Assembly (NCBI RefSeq): GCF_000012805.1
Contig: NC_007484.1
Span: 60,001-92,000, forward strand
Source: Nitrosococcus oceani ATCC 19707
Lineage (GTDB): Bacteria > Pseudomonadota > Gammaproteobacteria > Nitrosococcales > Nitrosococcaceae
Reading direction: 5' to 3'
Length of the DNA: 32,000 nucleotides
The position numbers and the translations under genes were made by a program. The stretch's first letter is position 1. Each line of letters begins with the position of its first letter. Below, piece after piece: positions 15,626 through 25,071 of this stretch. A model generated the notes under the pieces. It saw nothing but the letters and a program-made list of their open reading frames with translations, was not told where the DNA came from and did not search any database.

Positions 15626-15648
15626 CGTAAGCTATAGTTCTTAAGTCA

Positions 15649-15910
15649 GTGCAAAAAATGCTGCTGAAACTAGCTTTACAGATGGCTAGAGATGACTATG
15701 AGGAGCGTCGCAGGTGGCAACAGGACAGTATTGAGCTAGCAAAAGAAAAAGGGCTCTTTACGGGAAGGCGTCCGGACAAGATGTTACATGAACGTATCAA
15801 GACTCTGTGCTTAGCGAATTTTTCCATTGCGGAGACGGCCCGTATTGCCGGCTGCAGTGAAGCTTCGGTTAAGCGTGTTTGGTCAAAGCGTAATAATAAG
15901 AAAAGCACTA
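15649..15910 (+). pseudogene. Serine recombinase (resolvase/invertase) C-terminal fragment with HTH
   Basis: ...ERRRWQQDSIELAKEKGLFTGRRPDK...FSIAETARIAGCSEASVKRVW matches the linker plus C-terminal HTH of resolvases. The N-terminal catalytic domain is absent. The remaining ORF (to 16188) runs antisense into the helicase gene. Confidence 0.5.
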
Positions 15911-15985
15911 ATAATCCTGCCCGATCGACACGCAACCCGCCACTTCTTCAACGGCTTACGAAGCCCTGCTTGTTTGCTGCTTTTA

Positions 15986-17884
15986 TCAGGCCGAGGCGAG
16001 CTCTGTTAGCCGCTGGGTGTACCAGTTTGGCTTGCAGCTGGTTACCAGCAGCCGGCGGCGAGCGCGGGTCATGCCGACATAAAGCAGTCGCGCTTCCTGA
16101 GCCAGCCGTTCCTCGTCGTTGCTCAATGCCCCGAGACCACACAGCAGCACGGTATCGAACTCCAGCCCCTTGCTGCTCTGTCGACTGAGCAGCACCACTT
16201 CATCGGCCTGCGGGTCGTAGCTGCGCTTGTCGGCAGACTGTTGCAGACAGCGGCTTGGGATGCTGGCTTCGCGCAGGGCGTCATAGAAGAGACGCCCCTG
16301 CGAGTTGCCAGTATAGACCACCGCGATACTGTTCAAGCCGCTACCCTGGCTACGCCATGTCTGGATGCAGCGCACCAGATAGCGCGCTTCATCGCGGGGG
16401 CTGCTGAGGCGACGAAACGCCGGCCTGGGCCCGCTCACCCCGGCCACCTCGGGGGCGATCAAAGGAATATGGTCATCATCGGCATCGTGAGCTTTCAGAA
16501 AATCCTGGGCGAAATCATAGGCGAACGTCAGGATTTCCCGGGTGTTTCGATAGTTCAGCTTGAGAATAGTGGTGCGCCCGCGGGCCTGGACGCCAGCCGA
16601 GGAAAGCGGGAATTTCAGCGAGCTCTTCTGATAAATGGACTGGGCATCGTCATAAAGCAGCAGCAGCGAGTTGGTGTCGGGATCGACCATCTGTACCACC
16701 AGCTTGAGCCAGGCCTGCTCGAAGTCGTGGCCTTCGTCGATCATCACCGCGCCGTATTGTGCCCGGGGAATGCGTGACTGATCGACTGCCCGAATGACGC
16801 TTTCCACCTGACGCTCCCAGATAGGGCCTTTTCCCGGCGCCAGGTCGGCCTGATAGGTCTTCAACTGCAGGCTGCACCACTCATGGAAATGGTGCACCTT
16901 AACCTTCTCGCTGATTCCCTTTTCGGCGATGAAGCAGCGCAGGCGCGCTGCCAGGGTGATGTTGAAGCACAGCACCAGGATCGGCTTGCTGATGGCCTGG
17001 GCCAAATGCAGGCAGCGGTAGCCGAGTATCAAGGTCTTGCCGGAGCCGGCAACGCCATGAATGACCCGGTGGCCGTCGCCCATGCTTCTGGCCAGCTGCT
17101 CCTGATGCAGATCCATGACGCGAACGATATTGGGGACGAGGTTGCTCGCGGGCTCATCCTCCGCGGCTTCATCGTTACCGAAGAGATCCGTTGTGGGGGC
17201 ATCGATGCGCACTTCCGGGAAGAGCTGCCAGCGGATCCGGTCGAGCTGCGGGACGCTGAACTGCTCGCCGAACCGGTAGTCGAACATGTTCCAGAGCCGC
17301 TGCTGGAATGCCTCCGGGTCGGCGGTGGTGAGCATCTCGTCCTTGCAGATCACGCGATGCGCCGGCAGCAGGATTTCTTGCTCTGCCTCGGGAATGGCTT
17401 GGTTCCACTGCCGACGCGTGATATTGGGAAAGACCACACCGTGCCCATAGGGAAAGCATAGCTTGCCGCGGTAGCACTTATCGCTCTGAGTCAGCTGAGG
17501 GTCGCGCTTCAGCTGGTCGATGGCGGCAAAGGCACATTGGCGAGCTTGAGCCAACGGGTTGCTGACCGTCTTGCGGCCCTCTTGGGTATCGATCACGACG
17601 CTGTCAGGGGTGATCGAGCGAATGGTTTCGATTTTCCAGTCCTTGACCTCGAGAAACAGCAGGCCGCGAGCGGGATGCAGAATGATGAAGTCGGGATAGC
17701 GACGCCGGCGTCCCAATGGAATGTCGTACCAGACGAGATAGTCTTCTTCCAGCAGGCTGTCAAGCCGGCGACCGAAACGGCGCTCGCCGCGAGTCATCCG
17801 GGGGATTGTGGTGAGTGCTGGAATGAACGTGGCCATGGTGTCGAAATTCCGGTAGCGGGCGATCCACCCGATGTTAAAATTCAC
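15986..17884 (-). CDS. NERD-domain nuclease fused to a UvrD/PcrA-like SF1 helicase
   Basis: N-terminal NERD-like segment (GERRFGRRL...YPDFIILHPARGLLFLEVKDW). Walker A VIHGVAGSGKT, DExx-type VMIDEGHDF, and C-terminal LLYVGMTRARRRLLV (SF1 motif VI). The more likely start is ATG 17836 (MATFIPAL). Confidence 0.75.
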   Translation of the reverse strand: MNFNIGWIARYRNFDTMATFIPALTTIPRMTRGERRFGRRLDSLLEEDYLVWYDIPLGRRRRYPDFIILHPARGLLFLEVKDWKIETIRSITPDSVVIDTQEGRKTVSNPLAQARQCAFAAIDQLKRDPQLTQSDKCYRGKLCFPYGHGVVFPNITRRQWNQAIPEAEQEILLPAHRVICKDEMLTTADPEAFQQRLWNMFDYRFGEQFSVPQLDRIRWQLFPEVRIDAPTTDLFGNDEAAEDEPASNLVPNIVRVMDLHQEQLARSMGDGHRVIHGVAGSGKTLILGYRCLHLAQAISKPILVLCFNITLAARLRCFIAEKGISEKVKVHHFHEWCSLQLKTYQADLAPGKGPIWERQVESVIRAVDQSRIPRAQYGAVMIDEGHDFEQAWLKLVVQMVDPDTNSLLLLYDDAQSIYQKSSLKFPLSSAGVQARGRTTILKLNYRNTREILTFAYDFAQDFLKAHDADDDHIPLIAPEVAGVSGPRPAFRRLSSPRDEARYLVRCIQTWRSQGSGLNSIAVVYTGNSQGRLFYDALREASIPSRCLQQSADKRSYDPQADEVVLLSRQSSKGLEFDTVLLCGLGALSNDEERLAQEARLLYVGMTRARRRLLVTSCKPNWYTQRLTELASA

Positions 17885-18117
17885 ATTTGCTAAATCACTT
17901 TAGGGGGCGCGGCATTCCCCTTCAATCAGAAAAATCGGAAGTGGAGGCGATAACTTGAGCGCGGGACAGGAGTCCCGCGAGACGGCTTTAGAGGTCGTGT
18001 CCCGTGTATCATGTCCATTTCACTTTATACCCGCGTTTTTTACGGTGCCTAATGTGATTGAACGGGCGTGTACACTCAACATTTGCGCACGCTCATGCAA
18101 AGATATGTCAGGATGTT

Positions 18118-18245
18118 CCTCAACAAACAGGCTTCTTCAAAGCAGCCTCATCAATCTTGCGATGGCGCAGGCCATATTGCTGAGGATGAAGATCATTAGC
18201 ATTGAGCCAACGGTAAAGCGTGTTCCGGGGAAATACAAAAGGAGT
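18118..18245 (-). pseudogene. Possible IS630-family orfA remnant
   Basis: Minus-strand translation TGKTPFVFPRNTLYRWLNANDLHPQQYGLRHRKIDEAALKK parallels ...RASIYRWLSQDD...RRSHKLDWEAL of IS630 copy 1. It is shorter than the ORF-track cutoff and bounded by stops. Confidence 0.35.
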
Positions 18246-18285
18246 TTTGCCAGTCTATTAAGCTAGAAGAATTTTTTAGTTATTT

Positions 18286-19368
18286 ATGAACTCCACCAAC
18301 CGAAAGGCACCTATTCGGCAAGCTTCATCGAGCCATCCATTCAAAAATATGAAAGATTTGTCTCCAGCCTCGTTTGGTATGGTAATGGCAACGGGTATCG
18401 TCTCTCTTGCTGCTCATCTGCTGGCGATGCCGGTAATCGCGGATATTTTATTTCGACTGAATATCATCACCTACGGGGTGTTATGGCTACTTACCGTGGC
18501 ACGCTTGGTTGGTTATCCGCGTTACTTCTTTACTGACTTATCCGATCATTCGAGTGGACCAGGGTTTTTTACGATGGTTGCCGGCTCTGGCATTCTGGGA
18601 AGCCAGTTTGTGGTTCTTTCGGGCAATATTTCTATGGGGCTGGCCATGTGGTTTGTCACCATCGGACTCTGGCTCGGGACAACCTATACAATCTTTACGG
18701 CTTTTACGATAAAGAGAGAAAAGCCGCTCCTCAGCCGAGGTCTTAACGGCGGCTGGTTGCTCGCGGTAGTTGCAGCGGAATCGATAGCGGTACTCAGCGC
18801 ATTACTTGCGAATCACGCGAGTCAGTCCTATGAGTTAGAACTGAATTTCCTGGCATTTTTAATGTGGTTGTGGGGCGGTATGTTGTACATTTGGATAATA
18901 TCGCTTATTTTCTACCGCTATACTTTTTTTCTTTTTTCTCCTAAGGATTTCTCTCCTTCCTACTGGATTAATATGGGGGCAATGGCGATCTCCACGTTAG
19001 GGGGATCTTTGCTAGTTTCCAACGCGGCCAATGCGCCTTTTCTGCACTCGCTGCTGCCCTTCATCAAGGGGTTTACTCTTTTCTATTGGGCAACCAGCAC
19101 CTGGTGGATACCCATATTGTTGATTCTCAGTGTATGGCGCTATGCTTGTATGCGTTTATCGCTGAATTACGATCCGCTCCACTGGGGCGTGGTTTTCCCT
19201 CTTGGGATGTATGCTGCCAGCAGTCATGAGATGGCCACGGTGATGGCATTAGAGTTCCTCAGTTTTTTGCCCCCGCTATTTTTGTACGCGGCGCTGCTGG
19301 TATGGGTAGTGGTATTTGTTAGCTGGATTCTTACTCTATTGCGCCGTATTGGCATCTGTTGCTTCTAA
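18286..19368 (+). CDS. TehA/Mae1/SLAC1 (TDT) family integral membrane transporter
   Basis: 360 aa and about ten hydrophobic segments. The N-terminal LSPASFGMVMATGIVSLAAHLL is typical of tellurite-resistance / dicarboxylate transporter family proteins. Confidence 0.55.
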   Translation: MNSTNRKAPIRQASSSHPFKNMKDLSPASFGMVMATGIVSLAAHLLAMPVIADILFRLNIITYGVLWLLTVARLVGYPRYFFTDLSDHSSGPGFFTMVAGSGILGSQFVVLSGNISMGLAMWFVTIGLWLGTTYTIFTAFTIKREKPLLSRGLNGGWLLAVVAAESIAVLSALLANHASQSYELELNFLAFLMWLWGGMLYIWIISLIFYRYTFFLFSPKDFSPSYWINMGAMAISTLGGSLLVSNAANAPFLHSLLPFIKGFTLFYWATSTWWIPILLILSVWRYACMRLSLNYDPLHWGVVFPLGMYAASSHEMATVMALEFLSFLPPLFLYAALLVWVVVFVSWILTLLRRIGICCF

Positions 19369-19412
19369 ATATTAAAAAACCATGTTCGTGGCCTTGATAC
19401 AATGCAATGCCC

Positions 19413-22400
19413 TCAATTTATGGCACGGCGCGTTTTTAAAAAACGGGTAAGGAATTTTGCTGTATAAGAATTTTTTTTAACTTTTGCAACGGTCTCTGGT
19501 GTTCCTTGGGCAACAATTTGCCCCCCGCCATCACCTCCTTCCGGACCCAGGTCGATAAGCCAGTCCACCTCGGCAATAATGTCCAGATTATGCTCAATGA
19601 CGATCACGGTATTGCCCACTTCCACCAACTGGTGCAAAACCCGGATAAGTTTTTCCACATCCGCCATGTGGAGTCCAATGGTGGGTTCATCCAAGAGATA
19701 AAGGGTGTGCTGATTAGCACTACGATAGGGATTCAGAGGGGCCTTGGCTAGCTCCGTCACCAACTTAATTCGCTGGGCCTCGCCCCCGCTGAGGGTCGGA
19801 CTCGGTTGACCAAGGCTCAGGTAGCCTAATCCTACCGCTTGCAGCAACTGCAAAGGCCGATGAATTCGTTTATGGGCGGCAAAAAACTCAACGGCTTGAT
19901 CAACACTCAGGGCTAAAATCTCACCAATGTTTTTGTCCTTGTAGCGGATCATCAGAGTTTCTTGGGTAAAACGGGCTCCGCGGCAGGATTCGCAGGGAAC
20001 GGTCACATCCGGTAAAAAGCTCATTTCAATTCTTTTTACGCCCTGACCCTCGCATTCTGGGCACCGGCCTTCCTTGGTATTAAAGGAGAATCGGCCTGCT
20101 CCATAACCCCGGATACGGGCCTCCGGCGTGTCGGCAAACAAACGCCGGATAGAGTCCCAAAAACCCACATAGGTAGCCGGACAAGAGCGGGGCGTTTTGC
20201 CAATGGGGGTCTGATCGACTTCCAGCACCCGCTGGATAGCTTTCCAGCCACGAATTTCCTGACAGCCCTGAAAGGTGGTAGTCTCCTTATGTTGGGCCGT
20301 CTGCTTTCGATTCAGCAGGCGCAGGAGGTTCCCATGGAGCACCTGCCGTATCAGAGTACTTTTGCCACTGCCGCTCACTCCGCTCACCCCCACCAACTGT
20401 CTTAGGGGTAAACGGAGAGTTAGACTTTTCAAATTGTGCAGGGAAGCTCCCCGAATCTCCAGGTGGGCTTCGGCTGTTTCGGGGCGGCGCTTTTCCATGA
20501 GGGGATGGGGCAAGGGTTGGGCCAAGCAGCGCCCGGTGACGGATTCTGGATGTTGGAGCAGTGCTTCCACCGTGCCCGCAGCCACCACTTTGCCTCCATT
20601 CACCCCGGCCCCTGGCCCCAAGTCAATGACATGTTCGGCCCGCCGGATAGTGTCTTCGTCATGCTCCACCACCACAATGGTATTGCCTTGGCCCTCCAGC
20701 TTGCCCAAGGTATTCAGAAGCATTCTATTGTCCCGGGGATGAAGACCGATGGTGGGTTCATCCAGGATATAACATACACCCCGCAGGTTGGAGCCGAGCT
20801 GGGAAGCTAGGCGGATACGCTGGGCTTCCCCACCGCTGAGGGTTGGGGCGGCCCGGTCCAGCGTTAAATAAGACAATCCCACCTCTCTGAGGAATTTCAA
20901 CCGAGTTCGCAGCTCGGGCAGGATATCTCGGGCGATGTCCGCCGCCCGCCCTTGCAGCTTCATGGACTGAAAGGTGGCCTCGGCCACTGCTATTGGCATG
21001 CCGGTAAATTCAGCAATATTCCGCTCCTGGAAACGCACCGCCAGGGCTTCGGGCTGCAAGCGCTGTCCCTGGCAAGTAGGGCAAATTTGGCCCGGATTTC
21101 CCTGCTTCTCGGCCCATTCTTTTTCTTCCCCGGTTTGCTCTCCATCAAAATTGGGCAGCACCCGCCCGGTGCCATAACAGCGGGGGCACCAACCTTGTGG
21201 GGAGTTAAAGGAGAACAGGCGAGGGTCCAGTTCTCCAAAGCTGCGGCTACAACTTGGACAAGCCCGTTGAGTTGAGTAGAGAATCTTCTGCTTCTTTTGG
21301 GGAAGAAGAATTTCCACCCTGCCCTGGCCCAGATTAAGAGCCTGCTCCAGCAGGGCATGGAGTTCTTTTTCTGCTGCGGGGGTAACCTTGAGCTCTCCTA
21401 CCGGCAATTCAATGGAGTGTTCCTTGAAGCGATCCAACCGAGGCCAGGGATCTGTGGGAAGCAGCGTCCCATCCACCCGCAGGTGGGTAAATCCTTTGGC
21501 GGCAGCCCATTTGGCTAGCTCGGTATAATAGCCTTTGCGGGCGACGATCAAGGGGGCCAATATCCCCAAACGGCGGTTCCGATAGTCCCCCATAAGCCGG
21601 GCCTGGATAGCCTCTAGGGTTTGGGCCTCAATGGGAATTTTGCAATCGGGGCAATGTTGCTGTCCCAGCTTAACGAAGAGCAGGCGCAGGAAATGGTAAA
21701 TCTCGGTGAGGGTGGCTACCGTGCTCTTGAGTCCCCCTCGGCTGGTACGCTGCTCGATAGCTACTGTGGGTGGAATACCAAAGATGGCGTCCAGATCGGG
21801 ACGGGCAGCCGGTTGAACAAACTGCCGGGCATAGGCATTAAGAGATTCCAAATAACGGCGCTGCCCTTCGGCAAAGAGGATATCAAATGCCACTGTACTC
21901 TTCCCGGAACCGGAGATGCCGGTAATCACGGTAAGGCGCTCCCGGGGAATTTGGACATCAATATTCTTTAAGTTATGCTCCCGGGCATTATGGATATAAA
22001 TGAACCCATTGCCTTCTGCTGCCGCGCCCGATTCCTGGGGGGCAGCCTCGGTTTGAGCAGTTCCGCAGGCTGTCCTGTATTGTGCGGGCGCTTCGCCCAC
22101 GGCAGAGGCAGCCTGGAAGATCTCATCAAACGCTTGGGCGTGGTCCCGCAAAGCCTGGCCCGTGTGACTATGCTGGGACCGGGCGACCTTCTGGGGAGAC
22201 CCCATAGCGATCACCTTGCCTCCGCCTTCGCCCCCCTCGGGCCCTAAATCAATGATCCAGTCCGCTGCTTGGATTACCTCCAGGTTATGTTCAATGACCA
22301 CCAGAGAGTGACCTTCCGCCAGTAGGCGGTAAAAGGCTTGGAGCAAGGTGGCAATATCATCGAAATGGAGGCCCGTTGTGGGTTCGTCAAGTAAAAACAG

Positions 22401-25016
22401 CGTGTTGCGGCCCTGTTTATTCCCCCGCGCCTTGGCCAGGTGTCCCGCCAGTTTAAGCCGCTGGGCTTCGCCTCCACTTAAGGTGGGCACCGGCTGACCC
22501 AATGTCACATAACCCATCCCTACTGCTTGGAGAGGTTCGATTCCCCGCTTGATCTCCGGGTAATCGGCGAAAAAATCTAGGGCTTCGGCCACCGTCATGG
22601 CCAGCACCTCGGCAATGGATTTGCCCAGTCCCTGGGCCGAAGGTTGCAGTTTGACCTCCAGTATTTCAGGTCGGTAACGCTGACCATTACAATCGGGGCA
22701 GCGCAGATAGATATCGCTGAGAAACTGCATTTCCACCTGCTCAAAACCACGGCCGCCACAGGTGGGACAGCGTCCCTTCCCGGTGTTAAAGCTAAAGGTG
22801 CCGGCATGATAGCCTCGCTCCTGGGCCAGGGGCTCGGCGGCAAAGGCTTTGCGCAGGCCATCCAGGGCGCCCACATAACTAATGGGATTAGAGCGGGTGG
22901 TTTTACCGATAGGGGATTGATCCACCAACACTACCGTCTGAATATGTTCATGGCCTTCAAGGGCTTGATGACGGCCGGGTGTGCCCACCGGTTTGCCTTT
23001 GAGCTTGCGTAATCCCTTATACAGAATTTCTTGAATCAGGGTGGATTTACCCGAACCGCTAACGCCGGTCACGCAAACCAGGCCATTGAGGGGAAAGCGG
23101 ACATCAATATTTTTGAGATTGTGCTCCGCAGCGCCCCGGATTTCCACATAGGCCGACGCTGGGAGCTTTCTGGTTTTACGACGTTCGGAGACGACCCGCT
23201 TTTTACCTGTCAAGTATTGGCCGGTGAGGGAACGTTTGGCTTGCATCAATTCCTGGGGAGGGCCGAAAAATACTTGTTGACCGCCCCGTTCTCCCGGTCC
23301 AGGCCCCAGATCTAAAATGCGGTCGGCGGCCAGCATTATCTGGGAATCATGCTCCACTAGGAGCAGGGAATTGCCCGCATCCCGCAGGCGTTGCAGTATC
23401 CGGATGATGCGCTGCAAATCACGGGCGTGTAAACCAATGCTCGGCTCATCCAAGACAAACAAAGTATTGACCAGGGAAGTGCCCAAAGCAGTGGTCAAAT
23501 TGATCCGCTGCACTTCTCCCCCGCTTAAGGTCCGTGATTGACGGTCCAACGTCAGATAACCTAGCCCCACCTCCACCAGATAATTGAGCCGGGAGCGAAT
23601 CTCACCTAGCAGCAAATCAGCAGCTTCGTCCAAAGGAGCAGATAGGGTAAGCTGAGCAAAAAATTGCTGGCAGCGTTTAAGGGAAAGCTGCATCACATCA
23701 TGGAGGGTCAGACCAGGTAAAGCCGCCAATCGCCGCTGGGAGAATCGTACTCCCGCAGGCATAAACCGTCTTTTGTCTGGTAATACCTCGTCGGCGCCGG
23801 CTTTGGTTCCCAGCCGCCACAGCAAGGATTCGGGTTTGAGGCGCGCCCCCTGGCAGGTGGGGCAAAGATGATAAGCCCGGTATTTAGACAACAGCACCCG
23901 GATGTGCATTTTGTAGCTTTTGCTTTCCAGCCAGTCGAAAAAACGCTGGACTCCATACCACTTATTTTCCTCCCATTCCCCTTCTCCCGCCAGCACCCAA
24001 TGCTGCTGCTCAGGGGTAAGCTCGCGCCAGGTGAGGCGAGTGGGAATCCCCCGCTTGCGGGCAAAACGCATCAAATCTTGCTGACATTCTTCATAGCTGG
24101 CGCTCTGCCAGGGTTTGATGGCCCCCTCGGCCAGGGTTTTATTTTCATCAGGTACCACTAAATCATAGTCAATCCCCATGGTCCGGCCAAAGCCCCGGCA
24201 GGTCCCGCAGGCCCCCAAAGGGGAGTTAAAAGAAAACAGGCTAGGAAAGGGGTCCTGGTAGGCGATATCACATTGGGGGCAGTGGAGATCAGAAGAAAAG
24301 CGCCAGGGCTGTTGAGGTTGGCGGTGCTCATCTAGGGGATAAACCGTAACATGGCCACGGCCATGTTTGAGAGCCGTTTCCAGGGCTTCCATAATCCGCT
24401 CCCGCCGGCTCGGCTCCAAGCGGACCCGATCCTGAATTGCCTCTAATACCTGATCATGCTGGTGATGGAAGCGAGTATAGCCCTGCCGTAGGAGCTGGTC
24501 TTTTACTTCCTGGAAGGAAAAATTTTCGGGAACGGTAATCTCAAAAGTGATTAAGATCCGGGGAGTGTCGTCTTGTTCTTGGGAGTGAAGAAGAAGCTCC
24601 TTATAAATACCCTCCGGCGTGTCCCGCCGCACCCCTTGCCCGCAGCCCTGGCAGTAAAGTTTTCCGGCCCGGGCAAATAAAAGCTTCAGATGATCATTCA
24701 ACTCCGTCATGGTCCCTACAGTGGAGCGGGAGGTCCGGACCGGGTTGATTTGATCGATGGCAATGGCCGGGGGAATTCCCTCGATACGATCCACTTGGGG
24801 CTTGTCCATCCGATCCAGAAATTGCCGGGCATAGGGGGAGAAGGTTTCCACATAGCGCCGCTGCCCCTCGGCATAAATGGTGTCGAAAGCCAGAGAGGAT
24901 TTACCCGAGCCGCTGACTCCCGTGATCACAATCAGCTCATTGAGGGGAAATTTGAGATTAAGCCCTTTAAGGTTATTCTGCCGTGCGCCCTTGACCTTGA
25001 TAAATGCTTTAGACAT
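19413..25016 (-). CDS. Tandemly fused double UvrA-like ABC ATPase (two complete UvrA units in one polypeptide)
   Basis: Four Walker A sites (GVSGSGKSS, GVSGSGKST, GISGSGKST, GVSGSGKST). Four ABC signatures (LSGGEVQR, LSGGEAQR x3). Several CxxC zinc modules. The second unit restarts with FIYIHNAREHNLKNIDV near nt 22010, after a low-complexity Ala/Gln/Glu linker. Start placed at ATG 25016 (MSKAFIKVKGARQNNLKG), which has GGAG 5 nt upstream. The ORF track extends to 25043. Confidence 0.9.
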   Translation of the reverse strand: MSKAFIKVKGARQNNLKGLNLKFPLNELIVITGVSGSGKSSLAFDTIYAEGQRRYVETFSPYARQFLDRMDKPQVDRIEGIPPAIAIDQINPVRTSRSTVGTMTELNDHLKLLFARAGKLYCQGCGQGVRRDTPEGIYKELLLHSQEQDDTPRILITFEITVPENFSFQEVKDQLLRQGYTRFHHQHDQVLEAIQDRVRLEPSRRERIMEALETALKHGRGHVTVYPLDEHRQPQQPWRFSSDLHCPQCDIAYQDPFPSLFSFNSPLGACGTCRGFGRTMGIDYDLVVPDENKTLAEGAIKPWQSASYEECQQDLMRFARKRGIPTRLTWRELTPEQQHWVLAGEGEWEENKWYGVQRFFDWLESKSYKMHIRVLLSKYRAYHLCPTCQGARLKPESLLWRLGTKAGADEVLPDKRRFMPAGVRFSQRRLAALPGLTLHDVMQLSLKRCQQFFAQLTLSAPLDEAADLLLGEIRSRLNYLVEVGLGYLTLDRQSRTLSGGEVQRINLTTALGTSLVNTLFVLDEPSIGLHARDLQRIIRILQRLRDAGNSLLLVEHDSQIMLAADRILDLGPGPGERGGQQVFFGPPQELMQAKRSLTGQYLTGKKRVVSERRKTRKLPASAYVEIRGAAEHNLKNIDVRFPLNGLVCVTGVSGSGKSTLIQEILYKGLRKLKGKPVGTPGRHQALEGHEHIQTVVLVDQSPIGKTTRSNPISYVGALDGLRKAFAAEPLAQERGYHAGTFSFNTGKGRCPTCGGRGFEQVEMQFLSDIYLRCPDCNGQRYRPEILEVKLQPSAQGLGKSIAEVLAMTVAEALDFFADYPEIKRGIEPLQAVGMGYVTLGQPVPTLSGGEAQRLKLAGHLAKARGNKQGRNTLFLLDEPTTGLHFDDIATLLQAFYRLLAEGHSLVVIEHNLEVIQAADWIIDLGPEGGEGGGKVIAMGSPQKVARSQHSHTGQALRDHAQAFDEIFQAASAVGEAPAQYRTACGTAQTEAAPQESGAAAEGNGFIYIHNAREHNLKNIDVQIPRERLTVITGISGSGKSTVAFDILFAEGQRRYLESLNAYARQFVQPAARPDLDAIFGIPPTVAIEQRTSRGGLKSTVATLTEIYHFLRLLFVKLGQQHCPDCKIPIEAQTLEAIQARLMGDYRNRRLGILAPLIVARKGYYTELAKWAAAKGFTHLRVDGTLLPTDPWPRLDRFKEHSIELPVGELKVTPAAEKELHALLEQALNLGQGRVEILLPQKKQKILYSTQRACPSCSRSFGELDPRLFSFNSPQGWCPRCYGTGRVLPNFDGEQTGEEKEWAEKQGNPGQICPTCQGQRLQPEALAVRFQERNIAEFTGMPIAVAEATFQSMKLQGRAADIARDILPELRTRLKFLREVGLSYLTLDRAAPTLSGGEAQRIRLASQLGSNLRGVCYILDEPTIGLHPRDNRMLLNTLGKLEGQGNTIVVVEHDEDTIRRAEHVIDLGPGAGVNGGKVVAAGTVEALLQHPESVTGRCLAQPLPHPLMEKRRPETAEAHLEIRGASLHNLKSLTLRLPLRQLVGVSGVSGSGKSTLIRQVLHGNLLRLLNRKQTAQHKETTTFQGCQEIRGWKAIQRVLEVDQTPIGKTPRSCPATYVGFWDSIRRLFADTPEARIRGYGAGRFSFNTKEGRCPECEGQGVKRIEMSFLPDVTVPCESCRGARFTQETLMIRYKDKNIGEILALSVDQAVEFFAAHKRIHRPLQLLQAVGLGYLSLGQPSPTLSGGEAQRIKLVTELAKAPLNPYRSANQHTLYLLDEPTIGLHMADVEKLIRVLHQLVEVGNTVIVIEHNLDIIAEVDWLIDLGPEGGDGGGQIVAQGTPETVAKVKKNSYTAKFLTRFLKTRRAIN

Positions 25017-25071
25017 TAAGACTCCGCGAAATAGGAACGGCATGTTCCTCTAATATTGATGTAGAGTTTAG

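Larger units (their letters stand above)
14744..15634 (+). mobile_element. IS630-family insertion sequence, copy 2 (~891 bp), flanked by TA
   Basis: Ends are TAGCTAATCCATTATAAATTG (from 14744) and the reverse complement TAGCTTACGTCATATAAATTG (ending 15634). TA at 14742-14743 and 15635-15636. It shares the TAGCT terminus type with copy 1 but is divergent in sequence. Confidence 0.7.

Noticed and set aside
15911-16188. C-terminal ~90 aa of ORF 15649..16188.
   Set aside because: Beyond the resolvase HTH, the ORF runs antisense through the 3' end of the NERD/helicase gene and is Arg/Ala/Pro-rich. It is read-through of a gene fragment, not a real domain.
17955-18266. 103-aa plus-strand ORF upstream of the transporter gene.
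   Set aside because: It has no motif and no ribosome-binding site. The opposite strand carries an IS630 orfA-like remnant, which better explains the sequence.
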